From IMG/VR virus record IMGVR_UViG_3300045988_139237: a DNA stretch of 12,936 nucleotides; one strand, given 5' to 3'. How positions within the stretch are numbered: position 1 is the stretch's first letter; the number at the start of each line of letters is the position of its first letter. The DNA comes from a virus. The notes beneath the pieces are model-generated. The model did no database searches, was not told where the DNA came from, and saw only the letters and a program-made list of their open reading frames with translations. The position numbers and the translations under genes were made by a program. This document shows, one piece after another, positions 1 to 5,886 of the stretch.

Positions 1-55
1 ACACGGACACATGTGTATGTCTCCGACGGACACATGTGTATGTCTCCGACGGACA
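1..55. repeat. Left inverted terminal repeat (55 bp)
   Basis: Positions 1-55 are the exact reverse complement of 12882-12936; identity breaks at 56/12881. Composition is AC plus 2.3 copies of a 23-bp unit. Confidence 0.95.
3..55. repeat. 23-bp tandem direct repeat x2.3 inside the ITR (mirrored at 12882-12934)
   Basis: The unit ACGGACACATGTGTATGTCTCCG occurs at 3-25 and 26-48 (identical), with a partial copy ACGGACA at 49-55. Each unit contains the perfect 10-bp palindrome ACACATGTGT (7-16, 30-39). Confidence 0.95.
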
Positions 56-84
56 ATAATTGCGGTATAATTTTATAAAAACTA

Positions 85-113
85 TTGACAATGCGGTATA
101 AATGTGGTATTAT
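85..113 (+). promoter_or_regulatory. P1, sigma-A/sigma-70-type promoter for the left (early) operon
   Basis: TTGACA (85-90), 17-bp spacer, TATTAT (108-113), with TG at 105-106 giving an extended -10 (TGgTATTAT). An A/T-rich tract lies at 70-84. The -10 hexamer ends 45 nt upstream of the first ATG. Confidence 0.75.
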
Positions 114-158
114 ATAATCATAACAAGGAGATAGCAACAAGAAAAGGAGAGTAGCAAA

Positions 159-389
159 ATGACAAAAAAAGTTTTTATCAAAAAAATTAGAGAACTCAAC
201 AAAAACTATAGACAAGTTATTGGTAATAAATGTGAGGGCATTTATATAAACAGTATTTATTTCCGTTATGAGCACATCAGATTGTGCTTTGACGATGATG
301 ATAGTTTATTATATATATTTGCAAGAAACCAAAACAAAATTATTGCGGGTGTCAGTTATACTGATTTAATAATTGGTTTTAACATCTAA
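159..389 (+). CDS. Hypothetical early protein (76 aa)
   Basis: ATG 159 is preceded by AAGGAG (144-149, 9-nt spacer). It is the first gene after P1. No recognisable motif. Confidence 0.7.
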   Translation: MTKKVFIKKIRELNKNYRQVIGNKCEGIYINSIYFRYEHIRLCFDDDDSLLYIFARNQNKIIAGVSYTDLIIGFNI

Positions 390-441
390 AATATATAAAC
401 TGCTGACCTATCGGCACGACGGGGAGAAAAAGAGGTATAAA

Positions 442-1026
442 ATGACAAGAACAGTTGATTTAATCAAAAAACACACTCAGGAGTACAATGAGTATATGCT
501 CAAAAATGGTGAGTACAGCTTCCACAGATTTACAGACGGTTCTATTCATTTCACAAAACCGGTGTTTGTTACTAGAAATATTGCGAAAGAAACTGACATA
601 TTACCTCTCAGACCAGTAAGAGAGTTAGAAGAGCTTGTGAAAGCCGCTATGGATGATGGCGCTTTAGTTACAATCAACGACTACATTAGATTTAGAGGAC
701 GTGACGCTATTTTAGGCGAAACTGAGATTGCGTTTTGTAATAGTAGTATTAGAATTGAATACACAGGGATTAGCAGCATATATGTCGATTTCAATCACGA
801 ACTGAGAAAAATCATGAAAGATATGCAAAACGGTCGTTACGGGGATGCTGTTTTTATAGATGGCGTTAAAATAAGTACCCATGATTTAGTGCTGTTGGAA
901 CAGGAATTGATGTATTTTCCAGATGATAACGATTTGCATACACACGGGATATATAAAAAATATAGTGACGTAAAATCAATTGTAGATATTGCCGGATATT
1001 ATATTTTTTGGAGGTTAAAAAAATGA
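442..1026 (+). CDS. Hypothetical early protein (194 aa)
   Basis: The ORF-track start at 373 (TTG) has no SD. ATG 442 is preceded by AGAGG (431-435, 6-nt spacer). The stop overlaps the next start (ATGA, 1023-1026). No recognisable motif. Confidence 0.7.
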   Translation: MTRTVDLIKKHTQEYNEYMLKNGEYSFHRFTDGSIHFTKPVFVTRNIAKETDILPLRPVRELEELVKAAMDDGALVTINDYIRFRGRDAILGETEIAFCNSSIRIEYTGISSIYVDFNHELRKIMKDMQNGRYGDAVFIDGVKISTHDLVLLEQELMYFPDDNDLHTHGIYKKYSDVKSIVDIAGYYIFWRLKK

Positions 1027-1190
1027 TAGCAACAACCACGAGTGATATAATTTATGTGTCTATAGCTTTAATTATGATGTTTGTGTCGGGGTACATCCTC
1101 GGCACAACAGACGAAATGGGAAGAGAGAAAAGGAGAAAAGAAAAACTCAGAAGAAAACGAGAGCAAAGAAAGGAGTTGAAAAAACATTGA
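1023..1190 (+). CDS. Small early membrane protein (55 aa) with one TM helix and a polybasic C-terminal tail
   Basis: ATG 1023 is preceded by GGAGG (1010-1014, 8-nt spacer). There is a hydrophobic stretch DIIYVSIALIMMFVSGYILG followed by GREKRRKEKLRRKREQRKELKKH. Translationally coupled on both sides (ATGA, TTGA). Confidence 0.65.
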   Translation: MIATTTSDIIYVSIALIMMFVSGYILGTTDEMGREKRRKEKLRRKREQRKELKKH

Positions 1191-1540
1191 GAAAATTATC
1201 ATTGCGATTAGATATGAGAATATACAATTGGGCAAAAGAATATGGAACAACAGTGAGCGAATACCTCGAACATGCTGTGTACTCGGCTTTGGAGTTCGGT
1301 GGCACTGGATTTCAATTCGAGCTAGTGCGAGCCGTGCCGAAGTACGATACAAGCGTGTATCTCACAGATAGGACTTTTAAAGAAGTGAAAAAGTTAGCAA
1401 AACAGAACAACCTCAGCAAAGCACAGATACTGAATCGTTCCGCGATAATGTTTCACGTGAAACATATTCACGATGTAGAACGAGAGGAAATGGAGAGTGA
1501 GCAGTGGCATGATGACAGATTATGCAAAACGCCGTACTAA
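1187..1540 (+). CDS. Tandem ribbon-helix-helix (CopG/Arc/MetJ-type) DNA-binding protein, putative transcription regulator (117 aa)
   Basis: TTG 1187 overlaps the upstream stop (TTGA). AGGAG lies at 1171-1175 in the context aggagttgaaaaaacaTTG, which mirrors aggagttgaaaaacATG at gene 4060. Two strand-helix-helix units are present: KLSLRLD-MRIYNWAKEYG-TTVSEYLEHAVYSAL and SVYLTD-RTFKEVKKLAKQNN-LSKAQILNRSAIMF. Confidence 0.6.
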   Translation: MRKLSLRLDMRIYNWAKEYGTTVSEYLEHAVYSALEFGGTGFQFELVRAVPKYDTSVYLTDRTFKEVKKLAKQNNLSKAQILNRSAIMFHVKHIHDVEREEMESEQWHDDRLCKTPY

Positions 1541-1967
1541 AGTTATAAGAAAGCTTAAAGTCTTAGCGCAAAACAAAAATTTCGGAATGGGTGCAAAGAG
1601 TAATATACAATACATGCTACAGCAATTACCACCAGAAAGTCAGATAAAAACCGCCCGCCAGAAACGAGGCGCAATGAAAGCACTAGAACAAGCTGAGAAA
1701 TCTGATTTATACAGTGTATCAGGGCAAAGGAGAATTGCCAGACGAAAAATGGCAAAACTTGAAAAGCTGGGGATTAAATTTAAGACTTATAAAGAGCTCA
1801 ATGAGTTTGGTGAGTTCATGGAATCTGTTCGCAATTATTCATTGGGGCGAGTATACGACAGCACAAAGGCGCTAGAGTTGTTTATTGATAGAGGTGGAAA
1901 ATCTGGTGATGAATTACTCAATCAGTACGGGGAATGGCAAAAAGCAAAGAGAAGAATTGATACGTAG
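1509..1967 (+). CDS. Candidate terminal (priming) protein, basic, 152 aa (start uncertain: GTG 1497 or ATG 1509/1512)
   Basis: It lies immediately upstream of, and overlaps, the protein-primed polymerase gene, which is the position of the TP gene in phi29, Cp-1, PRD1 and Bam35. It is Lys/Arg-rich. The N-terminal DYAKRRTKVIRKLKV...NFG loosely recalls the phi29 p3 N-terminus EYARLVKNTKAKIARTKKKYG (from memory, unverified). Confidence 0.4.
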   Translation: MMTDYAKRRTKVIRKLKVLAQNKNFGMGAKSNIQYMLQQLPPESQIKTARQKRGAMKALEQAEKSDLYSVSGQRRIARRKMAKLEKLGIKFKTYKELNEFGEFMESVRNYSLGRVYDSTKALELFIDRGGKSGDELLNQYGEWQKAKRRIDT

Positions 1968-3996
1968 AGTACAACAGATATATAGAACACCTAACATGAG
2001 AGGAAAACAACGCTTTGCAAAACAGTCATACCGAAATTGTATATGCGCTTTTGATATCGAAACTACACGACTTCCTGAAATCGAACAAAGCATCATGTAT
2101 TTATGGCAATTTGCGGTATTACTTGATGATAACGAAATAATATGTGTGTACGGGAGAAACTGGAACGAACTTGAAGAATTGTTTACTGGAATCGAAGATG
2201 AACACCTTATCACAATGATTTTCGTTCACAATCTGTCATACGAATTTCAGTTTCTGCGCTCACATATAGGAATAAAGCCGGATGAGGTGTTCTCTCTCAA
2301 ACCTCGAAAAATACTCAGAATCAGGGCAGGAAATCATATGCAAGGAAATTTGGAGTTTCGATGCTCATACATGCAGACACATAAGAGCCTTGACAAGTTC
2401 CTGAGCGATAGTGGGGTTGAGAACCAGAAGTTGAAAGATTTTGATTATGACAAGCGTAGATATCCGTGGACAGAATTAACACCCAAAGAAATTGAGTACG
2501 GATGCAACGATGTTATCGGATTATTACAGGCAATGCATAAACGATTGGTGGATAATAACGATACTCTATACACTCTACCATTAACATCTACAGGTTACGT
2601 CAGGCGAGAAGCAAGGCAAGCTATGAAACAGTACAATTATAAAAAACTGCACAGCATGATGTGCGATGCAAGCTTATACACACTTCTTAGAGAAGAATTC
2701 AGGGGTGGCGATACTCACGCAAATAGATATCATGTAGGGAAAATACTCAATAAGGTTGCTTCTTTTGACAGGGCAAGCTCTTACCCAGACGTTATGCTCA
2801 ATTGTGAATTTCCAATGACAAAATTTGTGCGACAGGGAAATTGCGGTATAGAGGATATTGACAGGTGGACAAAATTCCACAAGGCTTATGTGGGGCGATT
2901 CCATTTCCGAAACATCAGGCAAAAAGATGTGTATTACGGTGCGCCATATCTTACAAAAGACAAGGGCTATTACATAAGCACAGAATCAGTTTGGGACAAT
3001 GGTCGTCTACTCTCAGCCGATGAATACTCGTGTACACTAAACGATATTGATTTTGGAATTGTAAAAGGGGAATACGTTTGGGACAGCGTGGAACTTACAG
3101 ATTTTTATACAGCCGGGTATGGTTATCTTCCCGAACCATTGCGAAATCTGGTGAAACGCTTATTTACAGATAAAACGTCTTTAAAAGGTGTTGAGGGTAA
3201 GGAAATTGAGTACGCTCTGTCAAAAGAATTGATAAACTCACTATACGGGATGTCCGCGCAAAACCCTGTCAAGCCAGATATCATCTACAGCAACACCGAA
3301 AAACCATTCTCGGTTAAGGATGGGGACACAGAGGAAAAGTTAATGAAGTATAACAAAAGGGCATTTATGTTATACGCATGGGGTTGTTGGGTGACTGCTC
3401 ACGCAAGACAAAGGCTCAAGCTTGCCGTGAACATAGCTGACGAGGATTTCGTTTACTGCGACACAGATTCGTGTAAAATACTGATTACAGAAAGATATAC
3501 CGAAATCCAAAAGGGGTTTGACGAGCTGAATAATCGGTTAAAGAACGATTCTTCAGAAAATGGTGGTCATGCCACAGACCCAAAAGGCGTGGAACATTAT
3601 CTAGGCGTATATGAGTATGAGGGCACATCAGACCGATTTATCACATTAGGTGCGAAAAAATACGCCCAGGAAAAAAACGGCAAGCTCGAAATCACAATAG
3701 CAGGGGTGAACAAGAAAAAAGGTGCGGAAGAATTGCGGAAAATGGGCGGTTTGGAAGCTCTGAAAATCGGAACCACATTCAGGGCTGCAGGTGGCACAGA
3801 ATCTGTCTATAATGATACAGATTATGGTTATTACAACCCCGACCCAGACAACCCGGATAAAAGCGTGTGCATTACTAGAAACGTTGTCATACGCCCGTCT
3901 GAATATACTTTGGGACTTACTCTCGAATACCTGAACGTTCTTAACAGCGTTGACTTGTGGCATGATTTTCTAAAAAATACCAAAGAAAAGTCTTGA
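1909..3996 (+). CDS. Protein-primed family-B DNA polymerase (phi29 gp2-like), about 695 aa (start uncertain: TTG 1885, ATG 1909 or ATG 1996)
   Basis: Motifs read in order: ExoI FDIETT, ExoII HNLSYE, ExoIII YGCNDVIGL, motif A DRASSYPDVM, motif B KELINSLYG, motif C YCDTDS, and KxY (GAKKYAQ). These match phi29 DxE, HNLKFD, YxxxD, DxxSLYP, KxxxNSLYG, YCDTDS and KTY. Confidence 0.9.
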   Translation: MNYSISTGNGKKQREELIRRVQQIYRTPNMRGKQRFAKQSYRNCICAFDIETTRLPEIEQSIMYLWQFAVLLDDNEIICVYGRNWNELEELFTGIEDEHLITMIFVHNLSYEFQFLRSHIGIKPDEVFSLKPRKILRIRAGNHMQGNLEFRCSYMQTHKSLDKFLSDSGVENQKLKDFDYDKRRYPWTELTPKEIEYGCNDVIGLLQAMHKRLVDNNDTLYTLPLTSTGYVRREARQAMKQYNYKKLHSMMCDASLYTLLREEFRGGDTHANRYHVGKILNKVASFDRASSYPDVMLNCEFPMTKFVRQGNCGIEDIDRWTKFHKAYVGRFHFRNIRQKDVYYGAPYLTKDKGYYISTESVWDNGRLLSADEYSCTLNDIDFGIVKGEYVWDSVELTDFYTAGYGYLPEPLRNLVKRLFTDKTSLKGVEGKEIEYALSKELINSLYGMSAQNPVKPDIIYSNTEKPFSVKDGDTEEKLMKYNKRAFMLYAWGCWVTAHARQRLKLAVNIADEDFVYCDTDSCKILITERYTEIQKGFDELNNRLKNDSSENGGHATDPKGVEHYLGVYEYEGTSDRFITLGAKKYAQEKNGKLEITIAGVNKKKGAEELRKMGGLEALKIGTTFRAAGGTESVYNDTDYGYYNPDPDNPDKSVCITRNVVIRPSEYTLGLTLEYLNVLNSVDLWHDFLKNTKEKS

Positions 3997-4021
3997 CATA
4001 TACACCTACATATGCTATTAT
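3993..4021 (+). promoter_or_regulatory. P2, strong sigma-A-type promoter
   Basis: TTGACA (3993-3998), 17-bp spacer, TATTAT (4016-4021), with TG at 4013-4014 (TGcTATTAT). The -35 overlaps the polymerase stop codon TGA (3994-3996). Confidence 0.7.
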
Positions 4022-4059
4022 ACTTGTAACAAAACAAAATAGAAAAGGAGTTGAAAAAC

Positions 4060-4281
4060 ATGATTACAAGAAGCATTGAGAAAGTAACAGCAAAGATTAC
4101 AGACGAAAACGGACAGTCTGTAGAAAAGACCTACTACGGTGCAAACGTAACAGCTACAAGGATTAAAAAATCTTACGAAGCTGAAACAGGAGTAAAAGCT
4201 GTGAAAGTTTCTATGGATACTGAAGTTGTAAAAGCATCTATGACAGAAGCTGAATTTGTACACTACGGAAAAGTAGAGTAG
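4060..4281 (+). CDS. Hypothetical small protein (73 aa), first gene behind P2
   Basis: AAGGAG (4045-4050) lies 9 nt before ATG 4060. The ORF-track TTG at 4051 abuts the SD and is implausible. The protein is Lys/Glu/Thr/Val-rich with no recognisable motif. Confidence 0.7.
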   Translation: MITRSIEKVTAKITDENGQSVEKTYYGANVTATRIKKSYEAETGVKAVKVSMDTEVVKASMTEAEFVHYGKVE

Positions 4282-4368
4282 GAGCACATTAAGAAACAAA
4301 CAGGTCGCAATCTGAAACAACTCATAGCTGTGGATAAAACAGCATAAAAGAAAAAAGGAGAAAACATC

Positions 4369-4725
4369 ATGGAAATTATTAAAACAAACATTCAGGAAAA
4401 CGAGTACACAATGGAGTTAATGTATGCATTGCTCGAGGACGAGAACAGAATCCGTCTTTCCGACATTGAAGGAACAACTGTGGAGTTTGACCACTATGCT
4501 ATTGTTGAAGATGAAAACGCAAAGGGCGAAGTTATGAAAACTCTGTCAATCGAGGATGCGGAAACACACAGCGTTTATGTGACGACTTCTACCTCATTCA
4601 TTCAGTCTTTCGAGCGCATTATCGCAATGGCTGAAAAATGTGGAACGGACTTCCGAAAAGTATCTGTATTTTCCAAAAAATCACAGCGTGGAAGAAACTT
4701 CTTAGTAGCAGGTTATGTGATATGA
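4369..4725 (+). CDS. Hypothetical acidic protein (118 aa)
   Basis: AAGGAG (4355-4360) lies 8 nt before ATG 4369. The N-terminal two-thirds is strongly acidic (about 21 D/E overall) and the C-terminus is basic. The stop overlaps the ATPase start. Confidence 0.7.
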   Translation: MEIIKTNIQENEYTMELMYALLEDENRIRLSDIEGTTVEFDHYAIVEDENAKGEVMKTLSIEDAETHSVYVTTSTSFIQSFERIIAMAEKCGTDFRKVSVFSKKSQRGRNFLVAGYVI

Positions 4726-5777
4726 AGAAACCCGAACTGTACAACAGTAACGGTTATGTGAATATAAGGGGCATCTTGGAAACAGGGTGCCCTTTTATCT
4801 TTATATGGGGCGGTAGAGGAACGGGAAAAACTTATGGTATTTTGAAACACGCTGTGGAAAACAATAAAAAATTCATTTACCTACGCACCCGACAAACTCA
4901 GATAGATATGATACGCACACCACAATTTAATCCGTTTAAGCAATACAATGCCGACTGTAACAGACGTATCACTCCGTCACCTATCAATAAAATGTATTCA
5001 GGTTTTTATGATACAGAGTTTGACGAGAAAACAAAAAAATATACAAACTCAGGGGAACCACTAGGCTACTCAGCAGCACTCGGCACTATATCCAATTTAC
5101 GAGGTTTCGGGGCAGCGGACGTTGAGTTGATGTTTTATGACGAGTTCATCCCGGAAAAGACAGAACCACAGTTAAAAAACGCCACAATCGCTCTCTTAAA
5201 TGGATATGAAACCATAAACAGAAATCGAGAGCTTATGGGAGATAAGCCTTTGCAGCTCATATGTGCATCAAACAGCGAAAACGCAAACTGCGACATATTC
5301 GCAAAACTAGGTTTAATCCGTAAAGTCACTGATATGCACAAAACAGGGCAGGAATTTAGCTATTTGCCTGATAGAGGTATTATCCTCGTCAATCTTGCCA
5401 ACTCCCCGATTTCACAGGCGAAATCTGAAACGGCTGTGTACAGAATGATTGGTAAAGACAGTGATTTTTACAAGATGTCAATTCAGAATGATTTCTATAC
5501 TGAGGACTATTCGGATATTAAATCCGAACCCATAAATGAGTACGTCCCCATTGTGACAGTTGGAGAAATAACCATATACACGCACAAAAGCAAGGAAAAA
5601 CTGTATATTACACAGCACCTACAAGGCTCACCCCAGATTACCTATTCCACGTCAACAAGAGATTTAACAGCTTTCCGGCACAAGTTCATATGGGTCTGGG
5701 GGATGTACCTTGACGGGTTAGTGAGTTTTTCTGATATCGAATCAAAATATTTACTTGACAATTATTTCAAGATGTGA
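4722..5777 (+). CDS. DNA encapsidation (packaging) ATPase, phi29 gp16-like (351 aa)
   Basis: ATG 4722 overlaps the upstream stop (ATGA). Walker A is WGGRGTGKTYG and Walker B is LMFYDEF. The blocks FIYLRTRQ, DEFIPEK and NRNRE...LICASNSEN parallel remembered phi29 gp16 FIYVRRYK, DEFIREK and FRNRE...CICLSNAVS. Confidence 0.9.
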   Translation: MKKPELYNSNGYVNIRGILETGCPFIFIWGGRGTGKTYGILKHAVENNKKFIYLRTRQTQIDMIRTPQFNPFKQYNADCNRRITPSPINKMYSGFYDTEFDEKTKKYTNSGEPLGYSAALGTISNLRGFGAADVELMFYDEFIPEKTEPQLKNATIALLNGYETINRNRELMGDKPLQLICASNSENANCDIFAKLGLIRKVTDMHKTGQEFSYLPDRGIILVNLANSPISQAKSETAVYRMIGKDSDFYKMSIQNDFYTEDYSDIKSEPINEYVPIVTVGEITIYTHKSKEKLYITQHLQGSPQITYSTSTRDLTAFRHKFIWVWGMYLDGLVSFSDIESKYLLDNYFKM

Positions 5778-5783
5778 TACTTT
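5755..5783 (+). promoter_or_regulatory. P3, candidate promoter for the structural/lysis operon
   Basis: TTGACA (5755-5760), 17-bp spacer, TACTTT (5778-5783), with TG at 5775-5776 (TGaTACTTT). The spacing and TGn are identical to P1 and P2, but the -10 hexamer is weak (T1, A2 and T6 only). The TG is part of the ATPase stop codon. Confidence 0.5.
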
Positions 5784-5791
5784 ATCATTGT

Positions 5792-5878
5792 AGGGGGAGT
5801 GGTACAAAACCGACGGGCGGAACCCGTGTACATGAGTTTGGTTGACTCACAGCACTTCCCCTCAATTCAAAAGAGGGG
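5792..5878 (+). ncRNA. Structured RNA element (multi-helix 5' leader or candidate small RNA) between the ATPase and holin-like genes
   Basis: A 10-bp outer stem (5792-5801 with 5853-5862, one G-U) encloses two hairpins. The first spans 5802-5831: GTAC/GTAC plus ACGGG/CCCGT with a 5-nt loop. The second spans 5834-5848: GAGT/ACTC with a 7-nt loop. An alternative 6-bp helix CCCCTC (5858-5863) / GAGGGG (5873-5878) occludes the SD of the 5887 gene. Confidence 0.45.
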
Positions 5879-5886
5879 GTGACAAT

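Noticed and set aside
1885-1967. Possible programmed frameshift fusing the terminal-protein candidate to the polymerase, as in TP-polymerase fusions of linear plasmids. The two frames overlap by up to 83 nt and contain an A-run (CAAAAAG, 1938-1944).
   Set aside because: Going from the upstream frame into the polymerase frame needs a +1 (or -2) shift. The A-run is not a recognisable X XXY YYZ heptamer in the zero frame, and I could not see a downstream stimulatory structure. An ordinary overlapping-gene arrangement is the simpler reading, and only proteomics could revive the idea.
4327-4343. Hairpin GCTGT-GGATAAA-ACAGC in the 4282-4368 intergenic region as a terminator or attenuator between the two small P2 genes
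   Set aside because: It has only 5 bp with a 7-nt loop, and it is followed by an A-rich rather than a U-rich tract, so it is too weak to call.
5792-5862. tRNA or tRNA-like gene: the 71-nt element has a 7-10-bp terminal stem and a U at the position corresponding to U8.
   Set aside because: The internal arms do not fit a cloverleaf. There is no 5-bp T-stem with a TTCRANN loop adjoining the acceptor 3' strand. The central hairpin has a 5-nt loop, not a 7-nt anticodon loop. There is no D-arm pairing at the right distance.
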